Below, piece by piece: positions 1 through 8,655 of a DNA stretch of 64,000 nucleotides. The translations under genes were made by a program, and so were the position numbers. Positions within the stretch are counted from its first letter, which is position 1. Each line of letters begins with the position of its first letter. A model generated the notes under the pieces. That model searched no databases, had not been told where the DNA came from, and saw only the letters and a list, made by a program, of their open reading frames with translations. Origin of the DNA: Myxococcota bacterium (GTDB taxonomy: Bacteria; Myxococcota_A; UBA9160; UBA6930); assembly GCA_965223705.1 (NCBI GenBank), contig OZ245015.1, positions 3,296,001 through 3,360,000 of the forward strand. Reading direction: 5' to 3'.

Positions 1-94
1 CCGGACCGGCGCGGCGCTTCGAGCCACCGCCCAGGCTCGCCGGTGAAGCCATTGTGGCGTAGCGGCAGTATTCCGGGCCCCCGATTCACGATGA

Positions 95-484
95 ATGCCG
101 CAAAAGGATCCCGGTTACGTCACGCGCGCTCAAGAGGCGTTCGGTAGGTTCACCGGCGTATCGGAGGGAATCGAAGGGGGAATCGTGACCGGACCCGTGC
201 TGGCTCGACTCGTGGGCGATGGGCGCTTGTCGAAGCGCGCCATCGATGAGTGCCTCGAAGCTCTGTCCGACCGGAGCGTGCCCCGACCTGCCGGAGACGT
301 GACGGTTCGCTTGGACTCCTGCCTCCGCGAAATTCCGAAACCCGAGCGAGACGAATGGGTCTCCGACTTGTTGCGAGAACATTTCGGTCTGTCTGTGCCG
401 GGAAGCACGCTCGGGCGTGCATCGCAGATCGCGAGACGAAGGCGTTGGAGACGGCGTTCCGCTGGCTCTGCGATTTTTTTGTAA
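95..484 (+). CDS. hypothetical protein
   Basis: 129-aa ORF converging on the next gene; no recognisable motif. Confidence 0.3.
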   Translation: MPQKDPGYVTRAQEAFGRFTGVSEGIEGGIVTGPVLARLVGDGRLSKRAIDECLEALSDRSVPRPAGDVTVRLDSCLREIPKPERDEWVSDLLREHFGLSVPGSTLGRASQIARRRRWRRRSAGSAIFL

Positions 485-491
485 CGCCAGC

Positions 492-875
492 TCAACGGAC
501 CGGCCACAGCCGGGGAACAACCGCCTCCCCGCGCTCGTTCACGTAACAACGTTCGGCAATACTCGCCTCGATGTCGCGCTCGCCCAAGCCCGGGCTCGCG
601 TAGACGAGATCGATGATCTCGAGCAGGGCTCCCAGGGTGCGCTCCCGGTCGCTTACAAACGGGTTGTCCACGCTCTCCCGTGCCATTTCAATCTGCTCTT
701 GTCGCGACTCACCGCGCGCTTTTCCAGCGGCGACGATGCGAAACGCTTGAGCGAGCTCACCGCACACGTCGTCGCGACGCGGCGCCGAGACGTCTACGTC
801 CGCGACCGGCCCAAGGCGCACACAGGCGCCGGTGGCGAGAACCACGCTTACAAGAACGAGCGCGCGAAACATCAT
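492..875 (-). CDS. hypothetical lipoprotein
   Basis: Restarted at ATG 875: MMFRALVLVSVVLATGA-C signal peptide with lipobox; TAGCGT 7 nt upstream. Confidence 0.6.
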   Translation of the reverse strand: MMFRALVLVSVVLATGACVRLGPVADVDVSAPRRDDVCGELAQAFRIVAAGKARGESRQEQIEMARESVDNPFVSDRERTLGALLEIIDLVYASPGLGERDIEASIAERCYVNERGEAVVPRLWPVR

Positions 876-1060
876 CCGTTCGACGCTAGCGCCTATTCCG
901 TGAGGACGAATCCTCTCGCAATGCGCGGTGATTCCGCTTACGAGCCATCGTCTTGCCACACACGTTTCGTAGTCTCACAGCTCCAGAGGGGGGGCGAGGC
1001 GTCGCGGAATGGGGGTTCTGCCGCGCTTTGCGTGCTGTACGAGATCGCACAGTGCTCGAG

Positions 1061-1091
1061 CCGGATCGGTGTTGCGTGACCACCGATCCGG
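1061..1091. terminator. GC-rich hairpin, possible terminator or 3' stabiliser of the tetR-CoA transferase transcript
   Basis: Perfect 11-bp stem CCGGATCGGTG/CACCGATCCGG with a 9-nt loop, 30 nt past the CoA-transferase stop; no U-tract. Confidence 0.35.
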
Positions 1092-1121
1092 TTCACCCCG
1101 CCAACAGCACATATGGCGTAG

Positions 1122-2306
1122 CTAGGAGATCGCTCCACAGCTTCGCAGTCGCTCAATCGAGGCGTCGTCGTGCCCGAGCTCCCGGAGAACCTCATCCGTG
1201 TGCTCGCCCAGCGCAGGCGCCATGAAGCGTACTTCCGAGGGCGTGGCTTCGAAACGGGCGGTCGGTCGGGCCATGCGCATGGGGCCGCCGGCCGGGTGCT
1301 CGGCCTCAAACAGGCTGTTTCGATGGAGGATCTGCGGGTCGGTGTGGACCTCACTCAGTCGTCGAACCTTGGCGAAGGGAACTTCCTGAGCGTCGAGGCG
1401 GGCGCAAATCTCATCGGTCTTCCACTTCGCGAGTTCGCTGTCGAGGAGTTCGACCACTTCGTCGATTCGCGAAATCCGCGCGACCACCGTCGAGTACTTC
1501 GGATCCTCGGCGAGTTCGTCGCGGCCAATCGCCCGGCACATTCCACGCCACTCGTCGTCGGAAACGGTGAGGTACGTGATGCTTCCGTCGAGCGTTCGGG
1601 CGACCCGGTAGATGTCGCCCAGCGAGGGCATCGGGCGGACGCCCTCGCCGAGCCAAGTGTGGTTCCACATGCCGTCGGGCCACAAGAACGCGAGGCCGAC
1701 GTCCATCATCGTGACTTCGAGCGCTTGTCCCCCGGCGCCGCGTTCGCGCGCGTAGAGTGCAGCCGTGATCGCCTGCGCGGCATTCAACGCTGTCGCTTTG
1801 TCACAAACGATGTTCTTCACGAGTTCCGGCCGCGCATCGCCGCGCCTGCTCTGCACGTCGACGAAGCCGGTCAAACCCTGGATCACCGGATCGTACACAC
1901 GGCGGTCCGCATAGGGCCCGTCGGCGCCGAAACCGCTGATCGAAGCGTAGATGATGTCTTCCCGGGCGGCGCGGAGCACGTCGTAGCCGAGCCCCATTCG
2001 CTCCATCGCGCCCGGCCGAAAGTTCTGCACGACCACGTCCGCGGTCTTCACGAGATCGATGAGCAGCGAGCGACCGGATTCTTGGTGCGTGTCGATCACA
2101 ATCGACCGCTTGTTCCGGTTGAGCACCGCGAACATCGCGGCAGCCCCGTTTCGCACGGCGCCCATCTGGCGCGAGATGTCGCCACCCCTGGGCTGTTCGA
2201 CTTTGATGACGTCCGCGCCCTGGTCCGCGAGGACCTGAACGGCCATCGGGCCGGACACAACATTGGAGAGATCGATGATCCTGACGTCCGAGAGCGGACC
2301 GCTCAT
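1122..2306 (-). CDS. CaiB/BaiF family (class III) CoA transferase
   Basis: PLSDVRIIDLS..GP..LADQGADVIKVE, NRNKRS, VQNFRPG, YDPVIQ, APALGEHT motifs. Confidence 0.93.
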   Translation of the reverse strand: MSGPLSDVRIIDLSNVVSGPMAVQVLADQGADVIKVEQPRGGDISRQMGAVRNGAAAMFAVLNRNKRSIVIDTHQESGRSLLIDLVKTADVVVQNFRPGAMERMGLGYDVLRAAREDIIYASISGFGADGPYADRRVYDPVIQGLTGFVDVQSRRGDARPELVKNIVCDKATALNAAQAITAALYARERGAGGQALEVTMMDVGLAFLWPDGMWNHTWLGEGVRPMPSLGDIYRVARTLDGSITYLTVSDDEWRGMCRAIGRDELAEDPKYSTVVARISRIDEVVELLDSELAKWKTDEICARLDAQEVPFAKVRRLSEVHTDPQILHRNSLFEAEHPAGGPMRMARPTARFEATPSEVRFMAPALGEHTDEVLRELGHDDASIERLRSCGAIS

Positions 2307-2932
2307 TGCGCAACTCCTTCACGGTGCCGAAGGGCACCGTAGATCACGGTTTCGAGAAAGCGCTGGACCCGCGCCGGATCTCGTCGCGTGAACATCATTT
2401 GAGCGATCATGTTCCCGGATCCCACGACGAGATAGGCGGCCGCTTCGGGATCCACCGTCCGCATGAGTTCCCCGGATGCCTGGCCTTTGCGGATCACTTC
2501 GACGAAGGACCGGATGACGCGCGTCTGGAAGTCCTCGTAGAGGGGCCAGATCTCGTCCCGAACGGCGGTACTCCAATCCAGCCACACCTTGATGTGATCG
2601 GGGTGGCTCTCCGCGCGATGGGCGAACTCGCGGACGACAGCGAGCAAGGTGTCCGCGGCGCCTTCCTTGCGGGCGACGACATCCTGAATCATTTCGATGA
2701 GGAACCGGTCGACCTCGAGCAGGACCTCCCGGACGAGCTCCGCGCGCGTCGGGAAGTAGGAAAAAACCGTCGGCACAGCGACGCCGGCCTCAGCGGCGAT
2801 GGCCGCGTGGCGAGCCGAGCCGATCCCCTGCCGAGCGAACACGCGAATCGCGCAACCCAGCAGCTGGTCGCGCCTTTCCCCCCGGGGCAGACTCGGTGCC
2901 CTTTTTCGGACGAAAGCGGCGTCTTCGCTCAT
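2303..2932 (-). CDS. TetR-family regulator, HapR/SmcR/LuxR(V. harveyi)-like
   Basis: HTH VFARQGIG..HAAIA..GVAVPTVFSYFPTR; C-domain KVWLDWSTAVRDEIWPLY resembles HapR KVWFEWSASTRDEVWPLF (recalled); ATGA overlap with the CoA transferase. Confidence 0.9.
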   Translation of the reverse strand: MSEDAAFVRKRAPSLPRGERRDQLLGCAIRVFARQGIGSARHAAIAAEAGVAVPTVFSYFPTRAELVREVLLEVDRFLIEMIQDVVARKEGAADTLLAVVREFAHRAESHPDHIKVWLDWSTAVRDEIWPLYEDFQTRVIRSFVEVIRKGQASGELMRTVDPEAAAYLVVGSGNMIAQMMFTRRDPARVQRFLETVIYGALRHREGVAQ

Positions 2933-2935
2933 CGC

Positions 2936-2964
2936 TTGCAGAGTACCCGAGATCGAGTGATAAT
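2936..2964 (+). promoter_or_regulatory. sigma70-type promoter of the SDIMO operon
   Basis: TTGCAG-N17-GATAAT, 31 nt upstream of ATG 2996. Confidence 0.55.
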
Positions 2965-2974
2965 TTTATCATTC
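2955..2974. promoter_or_regulatory. palindromic operator, probable binding site of the divergent TetR
   Basis: GAGTGATAATTTTATCATTC (core TGATAA-TT-TTATCA); AT-rich patch in the 63-bp intergenic gap, overlapping the -10 box. Confidence 0.75.
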
Positions 2975-2995
2975 AACCGTGAAGGAAAGCAGCTG

Positions 2996-4027
2996 ATGTG
3001 CCCCCGTCCCGGACGCAAGCGCGGTAGCCAGCCGCACTTTCGCTACTTCGAACCCGCCAAGAAGCGCGCGTCGCAGTACGAAGAAGTCACCGTCCACACC
3101 CAGTGGGACCCGAAGAACTACGCCGCACAGGGATGGTTCAACCTCGATTCCCAAGGACGGGGAGCTTGGCACGACGATTCGACCGAGCTCCGGTCCGAGA
3201 ACTGGTGGGGCTACCGGGATCCAGGCCAGGAATGGTTCCGCCCGTTCGTCAATCGGCAGGCGTCGGTCGGCGATTCGATTACACAAGCGGTAGACGGCGC
3301 GAAGCGAAGCGGCGTGTTTCACGGCTTCACGCCCAAGTGGATCGAGTTTCTTCGCACTCATTACGCCGCCTACCGTTTCCCCGAGTACGGGCTCTTTCTC
3401 TGTCTGAGTCATGCGCAGCGTGAAGCGCTTTCCGACGTCGTCGCGAGTCCCTTGATGTTCCAGGGCCTCGAGAAGGATCGACACGCTCAGGACATCGCCC
3501 TCTACGGCATGGAGCTCGAAGACGCCATCCCGGGCTTCAGCGACGCGGACTGCAAAGCCGTTTGGATGGAGTCAACGGAGTGGCAACCGCTGCGCCGCTT
3601 CATCGAGGAACTCCTCGCCGCGCGAGACTGGGCAGAAATCAATCTCGCGATCAACCTGATTTACGAGCCCTTGGCCGCGGCACTGTTTGCGCGAGAGCTC
3701 GTGCTGCGTTTTGCGCCGCACCACGGCGACTCGGTCACGCCGGTGATCGTCGCCGGCGCCGAGGCCGACCGCGCGGTACGCGCAGAGAGCACCCGGGAGT
3801 TTGTTCGCTTCATCGTCGCGCAGGACGAAGGCAACCGAGACATCATCGACGGCTGGCTCGCCAACTGGAGCCCTCGGATGATCGATGCTTGCCGAGCCTT
3901 CGAGCCGTTCTTCACCGCTCCTGAGCACCCACCACAATCGTTCACAGAAGCCTTCGCCCGTGTGGTCGATGAGTGGCAAGCGAACCTCGGAGAACTCGGG
4001 CTGACCTGCCCGGCGGAGCGCTCATGA
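2996..4027 (+). CDS. soluble di-iron monooxygenase hydroxylase beta subunit
   Basis: Start moved to ATG 2996 (SD GAAGGA); KRASQYEEVTV, WWGYRDP, RHAQD, WQPLRRFIEE, DWAE..AINLIYEP motifs of AmoA/PrmC/MmoY-like subunits. Confidence 0.9.
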   Translation: MCPRPGRKRGSQPHFRYFEPAKKRASQYEEVTVHTQWDPKNYAAQGWFNLDSQGRGAWHDDSTELRSENWWGYRDPGQEWFRPFVNRQASVGDSITQAVDGAKRSGVFHGFTPKWIEFLRTHYAAYRFPEYGLFLCLSHAQREALSDVVASPLMFQGLEKDRHAQDIALYGMELEDAIPGFSDADCKAVWMESTEWQPLRRFIEELLAARDWAEINLAINLIYEPLAAALFARELVLRFAPHHGDSVTPVIVAGAEADRAVRAESTREFVRFIVAQDEGNRDIIDGWLANWSPRMIDACRAFEPFFTAPEHPPQSFTEAFARVVDEWQANLGELGLTCPAERS

Positions 4028-4323
4028 GCCCCACCGAGCTCCGCGAGAAGCACACGGTCAGCGCCAAGCTCATGGCGGGCGAAGAAGCGGAAGCCATCGC
4101 CGATGCCGTGCTCTCGAGCAACGCAGCCGCCGTCGTCGAGGACCACGGGGCGTACCTCGTGATCGAAGCCGAGCGCGAGCTCGTCTTCGATATGGAAGAC
4201 ATCGCGCTCGAACTCGGCCGCCCGTATGACGTGGCCGCGTTTCAGGTCGTCTTGTCGAGCTACACCGGGGAAGTCGACGTGCAAGATCGACAAGTTCTCA
4301 TCCGCGAAGCAATGAGCGGTTAG
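4024..4323 (+). CDS. SDIMO coupling/effector protein (MmoB/DmpM family)
   Basis: 99 aa from ATG 4024 (ATGA overlap); EDHGAYLVIEAE..ELGRPYD..VLSSYTG. Confidence 0.9.
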   Translation: MSPTELREKHTVSAKLMAGEEAEAIADAVLSSNAAAVVEDHGAYLVIEAERELVFDMEDIALELGRPYDVAAFQVVLSSYTGEVDVQDRQVLIREAMSG

Positions 4324-4342
4324 TGCAAAGGGAGTCCGCGCC

Positions 4343-5869
4343 TTGTCCACATCATTCACGCGTGCCTACGACCGGGTGAAAGCCATTGACTGGGAGCCGA
4401 CCCACATCTCGCCATCCGACAAGATGACGGAGACGACGCGGTTCCATCTCGAAGGCCTGACGCCGGCGGATCCGTTCAAGACGTCTCTGCGCGAGTACTT
4501 CAACATGGAACGCGAAAAGGACAGCCGTCACTACGCGATCCTCGAAGCGGCGAGTCGCCTTCAATCGGGAAGCCCCCATCCGCGTTGGATGGAGAGCATG
4601 AAGTTCGGTCTCTCGAACCTGATCGCCATCGAGTATTCCGCCGGCCGGCAGATGGGCCGGATGGTTCGAAGCGTTGCGCCGATGGAGCTCCGGCAGGGCT
4701 ACATGATGCAAGTGCTCGACGAGATCCGGCACTCGCAACTCGAGATGAACACCTTGCGCCACCACATGAGAACGTGGAGCGATCCGGCGGGCTACGACAT
4801 CGCGCTTCACGCGTCGGGCAACAGCGTGGGAGCGGGCATTTTCCGCTCGCTGATCGAGGACTTCATGACCGCCGATCCGGTGGAGACCTCGCTCGGGTTC
4901 CAGATCTTTATCGAAACGGCGTACACAAACTTCTTTTTCGTCGGGATGTCGACGGCGGCGGCGGCGCACGGCGACAACGCGCTCGCCTCTACCATGTTGA
5001 CCATCCAATCCGACGAGTCGCGTCACATGGCGAACGGCTGGACCACCCTCGCGACGCTCCTGCAGGACGACCGGAACCTGCCGCTCATTCAACAGGTGCT
5101 CGACAAGTGGGCCTGGCGAAGCCATGTGAGTTTCGGCGTCGGCAACGCGCTGTTCGGCGACTATTTTGTGAGAAATCGAACCGAATCGTCGAAAGAGATG
5201 GCCTTGCGCTGGGTCTTCGACGAGTTCTACGGCGCGTTCTACCAGAAGCTCGAGCGCTACGGAATCAAGCCGCCGCCGCACCTCGACCGCATGATTTCGG
5301 ATCTCGACACCATCTCCCACGCAGCGGCGATCTACCTGTTCGGTGCTTGGCCCGCGTTCTACCACCGCTACGACCCGCTGACGCCCGAAGAGATGGACTG
5401 GTTTGAGGAGAAGTACCCGGGCTGGTACTCGCACTTCGGCGGATTCTGGGAAGCCTATAACCAGATGACCGATCCCGACAACGCGACTCTCATCTTGAAA
5501 GAGCTGGGAGGTCTGCCGAACTTCTGCCAGGTCTGCCAACTGCCCACCGTCTTTCCGCGACCCGATGCGAACACCGGCCGCTCGGTGGAGCACGACGGGA
5601 AGACCTACGTCGCCTGCTCCCAAGGCTGCGAAGAGATTTTTCTGAACGATCCACTGCACTACTCGGGATTCAGGAGCTTCTACGATTTGTACAACGGGGA
5701 GGATCTGGCCGATGCGATACGCGACCTCGGCTACCTTCGCTCTGATGGAGAGACGTTGATCGCGCAACCGGTGCTCGAGCCCAAGCGCATGTGGACGCTC
5801 GAAGACATTCGCCGCTGCCAGTATCAAGTCGAAGCCCCGCCGCTTCCCCCGCCCGCTGTCGCGTCCTAG
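4343..5869 (+). CDS. SDIMO hydroxylase alpha subunit (AmoC/EtnC-like, divergent)
   Basis: Di-iron ligands EY, DEIRH, ETAYTN, DESRH; C-terminal CQVCQLP..CSQGC YHS-like region; TTG start with GGGAG SD. Confidence 0.95.
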   Translation: MSTSFTRAYDRVKAIDWEPTHISPSDKMTETTRFHLEGLTPADPFKTSLREYFNMEREKDSRHYAILEAASRLQSGSPHPRWMESMKFGLSNLIAIEYSAGRQMGRMVRSVAPMELRQGYMMQVLDEIRHSQLEMNTLRHHMRTWSDPAGYDIALHASGNSVGAGIFRSLIEDFMTADPVETSLGFQIFIETAYTNFFFVGMSTAAAAHGDNALASTMLTIQSDESRHMANGWTTLATLLQDDRNLPLIQQVLDKWAWRSHVSFGVGNALFGDYFVRNRTESSKEMALRWVFDEFYGAFYQKLERYGIKPPPHLDRMISDLDTISHAAAIYLFGAWPAFYHRYDPLTPEEMDWFEEKYPGWYSHFGGFWEAYNQMTDPDNATLILKELGGLPNFCQVCQLPTVFPRPDANTGRSVEHDGKTYVACSQGCEEIFLNDPLHYSGFRSFYDLYNGEDLADAIRDLGYLRSDGETLIAQPVLEPKRMWTLEDIRRCQYQVEAPPLPPPAVAS

Positions 5870-5877
5870 AGCTCGCG

Positions 5878-6903
5878 TTGGCACACGAGATTACGCTTCT
5901 ACCGTTCGGAATCACCTTCGCGTGCGAAGAGGACGAATCGATTCTCGACGCCTCGATTCGCCAAGGCATACAACTTCGCTACGGATGCAAGCACGGAGGC
6001 TGCGGGAGCTGTAAAGCCCAGATCGCCGATGGAGAGGTGGACGTCGAAGAAGCTTCGACGTTCGCGTTGATGGACTACGAGCGCGCCCAGGGACTCGCGC
6101 TGTTGTGCTCGGCCTATCCACTGTCGGACATCTCGATCGCGCTCGCGGATGACTACGAAGAAGCGGATTTGCATGGCGGAATCCCGGTCGGGGACTTCCG
6201 AGCGCAGGTCCGCGACGTGACGGAGTTGACCCACGACATCACGCACTTAGCGCTCACGGTGACGGACCCTTCTCCCATGGAGTTCCGAGCGGGCCAATAC
6301 GTCGAGATCAACGTGCCGGGAAGCGATGAATGGCGCGCATTTTCCATGGCCAACGCACCGAGCGACGCCGGACAGCTCGACCTCGTCCTCAAGATCCTCC
6401 CGGACGGGCTGTTCTCCCAACACGTCGCATCTGCGATCCGCTCGGGCGATCAGCTGGACCTTCGCGGTCCCTTCGGCCAGTTTGTTCTCACGGAGGGCAC
6501 GGCGCCGATCGTCATGGTCGCCGGTGGCTCCGGCATGGCTCCAATCTGGGCGATGCTCGAACAACTGGTCGCCGAAGGCTCGAAGCGCCCGGTAACGTTC
6601 TTCTACGGCGCGCGGTCCGTGCGCGATCTCTTCTGGACGCGCAAAATCGAAGCGCTGGGAGCCGAACTGCCAGAGTTCACCTACGTCCCGGCAATCTCGG
6701 ATCCGCGTCCGGAAGACGAATGGTCGGGTGAAGTCGGCCTCGTCACCGAGGTTGTCGACCGGCGCTGCGAGAGCTTGCGAGGGAGCGAGGCCTATCTGTG
6801 CGGCCCGCCGGCCATGATCGACGCGGCGATCGACGTACTCCGCGGAAAGGGCCTCTTCTCGACGCGAATTCGCTTCGACAAGTTCGTCAGCTCCGAGAGC
6901 TGA
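5878..6903 (+). CDS. SDIMO NADH reductase (2Fe-2S/FAD/NAD)
   Basis: CKHGGCGSCK..C ferredoxin domain, RAFSMAN, GGSGMAP, YLCGPP, DKF; TTG start inferred. Confidence 0.93.
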   Translation: MAHEITLLPFGITFACEEDESILDASIRQGIQLRYGCKHGGCGSCKAQIADGEVDVEEASTFALMDYERAQGLALLCSAYPLSDISIALADDYEEADLHGGIPVGDFRAQVRDVTELTHDITHLALTVTDPSPMEFRAGQYVEINVPGSDEWRAFSMANAPSDAGQLDLVLKILPDGLFSQHVASAIRSGDQLDLRGPFGQFVLTEGTAPIVMVAGGSGMAPIWAMLEQLVAEGSKRPVTFFYGARSVRDLFWTRKIEALGAELPEFTYVPAISDPRPEDEWSGEVGLVTEVVDRRCESLRGSEAYLCGPPAMIDAAIDVLRGKGLFSTRIRFDKFVSSES

Positions 6904-6923
6904 GTCCGCGGTATGCTCCCGCT

Positions 6924-7328
6924 ATGGACGATCACGCACGCGACGAGTTAGCTCGGGCGACTCGAGAATTCACGGACGCCTTCAACCGAAACGACCTGGA
7001 TTCGGTGTTGTCGCACTTTGCGCAGCACAAAGCGGTTTACGAGCAATTCGATGGTCGGATCGCGGACGGCCTCGAGGCGATTCGCGACGCGCTCGTGCCC
7101 CAGTTCCGGGGTGATTTCGGCGAGATGAAGTTTCTCGAGGAAGATGCGTTTGTCGATCCCGAACAGCGCAAGACACTGATTCGGTGGCGCTGCACCCTCG
7201 ACACTCGACAGGGCCCCGCGAGCTGGCGTGGGCTCGATATCCTGCACTTCGATGCCGACGGAAAAATCCGCGCGAAGCTGACCTACGCCAAGGCGAAGAA
7301 GCTCGCCTTGGAGAACGACCCCGGCTAG
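6924..7328 (+). CDS. SnoaL/NTF2-like protein
   Basis: FTDAFNRNDLD..F...GLEAIR..WRGLDILHFDADGKI pattern. Confidence 0.8.
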   Translation: MDDHARDELARATREFTDAFNRNDLDSVLSHFAQHKAVYEQFDGRIADGLEAIRDALVPQFRGDFGEMKFLEEDAFVDPEQRKTLIRWRCTLDTRQGPASWRGLDILHFDADGKIRAKLTYAKAKKLALENDPG

Positions 7329-8566
7329 AAGAAGACGAACGACCTCACCACGACGTTCTTGCGGCACCGCGCGTCTCCGGGTGCCGTCGGATCGACGCAT
7401 GCGGAGTGGAAGGACCAGCGCGACACCGAGCCGTCGCGAACCGAGTCGTAGCACTTCAGCATGGAGACCTCGGTGGAAGTCTGCTGCGGAATCCAATACC
7501 ACTCGTGGTCGGGGCGGTGCGTGAAGCGCGTCGTTTCTCCAACGCGGTCGTCGTAGATGCGATAGTTCGTAATGTAGGGCTGGTCCGCGAACGAAGGCCA
7601 CGCACACAGCACAAACGGGTACTGCTCCACCGTCTCCATGGGCTTGGCCAAGTTGATCGACATGAACCGGCGCGACATCTTCGCGTCGGCTTCCGCTTCG
7701 GTGTAGTGCTGCTCGCGTCCGAAGTTTCGCAGGTTCTTCGTCAGGAGCTCGCGACAGCGGACGCGCCCGCTGTTGTCGTTGAGATCGTTGTGAACGATGT
7801 TGGCGTAGAAGTTGTTGACGCCCGGATTCTTATTGTCCTGATCCTCGGTGCGGTCGCCCTCGTAATCCTTGTCGAAGACGTCGTGGTTGTAGACGAGCGC
7901 GTCGGTCGCCCCTGGGAAGAACTCGAGGAGCAGCTTCTCCATCTCGGGGTAGAAAACGCGCTCGACTTCCGCGGCGTCGTAAAAGTTCTCGCACTTGGAC
8001 TCGCAGTGGGCCAAAGAGACACCGAGGCGATCCATGCATTCCGGGCTGCTGGGCGAGAGACCGGGATAGTACGTCGCGATCCTTCGCGCGTCGCGCAGGA
8101 CTTGCGGGAAATAGAGACAGCGCCGGTCGTTGTCGCGTTCGTCCTTGCGGAGCGCGTGTGCGTCCGCTTCACGGGCCGGATCCCTCCACAAGGCGTTCGA
8201 CGAAACCACGGAATAGGAAGGTGCCTCGAAGATCGAGTAGCGAAGCGGCAGCACGACGCCGCCCTCCGGCGCGGTCAAGCCACTCTCGCGGATGTAGTCG
8301 ACGCACTCGGCCCATTTGCGGAAGCCGAGGCCCCATTTCGTCTCGATCGGCCCCGGCGGAGCGCTCTCGATCATGTCGGTGACGGCCTGACCCTCCCCAC
8401 TGGCGATCTGGTCGAGCGCCGCGCGGGTCGCCGCTTCCGTGCCTGCGTCGCCGCCTCGGTCGAGGGACATGTACGAGAGCCCACCGTTCGCCGCGATGGG
8501 CGGTGGCTGCCCTTCCGTGAGCTCGAGGGTCGGTACGAATGCCGAGGCTTCTTCGGCGTGATCCAT
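7325..8566 (-). CDS. CmcJ/NvfI (AsaB-like) family oxidoreductase with N-terminal extension
   Basis: FYDAAEVERVFYPE, VHND, HEWYWIPQQ..EVSMLKCYDS, HSACVDP, RKNVVVR; start at ATG 8566 (GGAG SD). Confidence 0.75.
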   Translation of the reverse strand: MDHAEEASAFVPTLELTEGQPPPIAANGGLSYMSLDRGGDAGTEAATRAALDQIASGEGQAVTDMIESAPPGPIETKWGLGFRKWAECVDYIRESGLTAPEGGVVLPLRYSIFEAPSYSVVSSNALWRDPAREADAHALRKDERDNDRRCLYFPQVLRDARRIATYYPGLSPSSPECMDRLGVSLAHCESKCENFYDAAEVERVFYPEMEKLLLEFFPGATDALVYNHDVFDKDYEGDRTEDQDNKNPGVNNFYANIVHNDLNDNSGRVRCRELLTKNLRNFGREQHYTEAEADAKMSRRFMSINLAKPMETVEQYPFVLCAWPSFADQPYITNYRIYDDRVGETTRFTHRPDHEWYWIPQQTSTEVSMLKCYDSVRDGSVSRWSFHSACVDPTAPGDARCRKNVVVRSFVFF

Positions 8567-8655
8567 GAGCGGGTCTCCGATCGGGTGCCCTACATCGTGA
8601 CACAATCGGCGCGGATCGGCCTATCGGGGGCGGGATTGCAGCGCGAGCCCTCGGG

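Noticed and set aside
960..1121. Riboswitch or ncRNA in the intergenic region with hairpins
   Set aside because: It lies 3' of a gene and I recognised no family motif; only one strong hairpin is supportable.
2958..2971. Fur box
   Set aside because: The core is a 14-bp 6-2-6 palindrome, one base shorter than the 15-bp Fur 7-1-7 box, and a cognate-looking TetR is adjacent. Not fully excluded, since the target is an iron enzyme.
2306..2995. 230-aa N-terminal extension of the SDIMO beta ORF in the track
   Set aside because: It is the antisense shadow of tetR; homology, SD and promoter all point to ATG 2996.
2996..6903. Soluble methane monooxygenase, or phenol/toluene monooxygenase
   Set aside because: No gamma subunit, MmoD or Rieske ferredoxin; gene order and the DEIRHSQLE motif differ from those groups.
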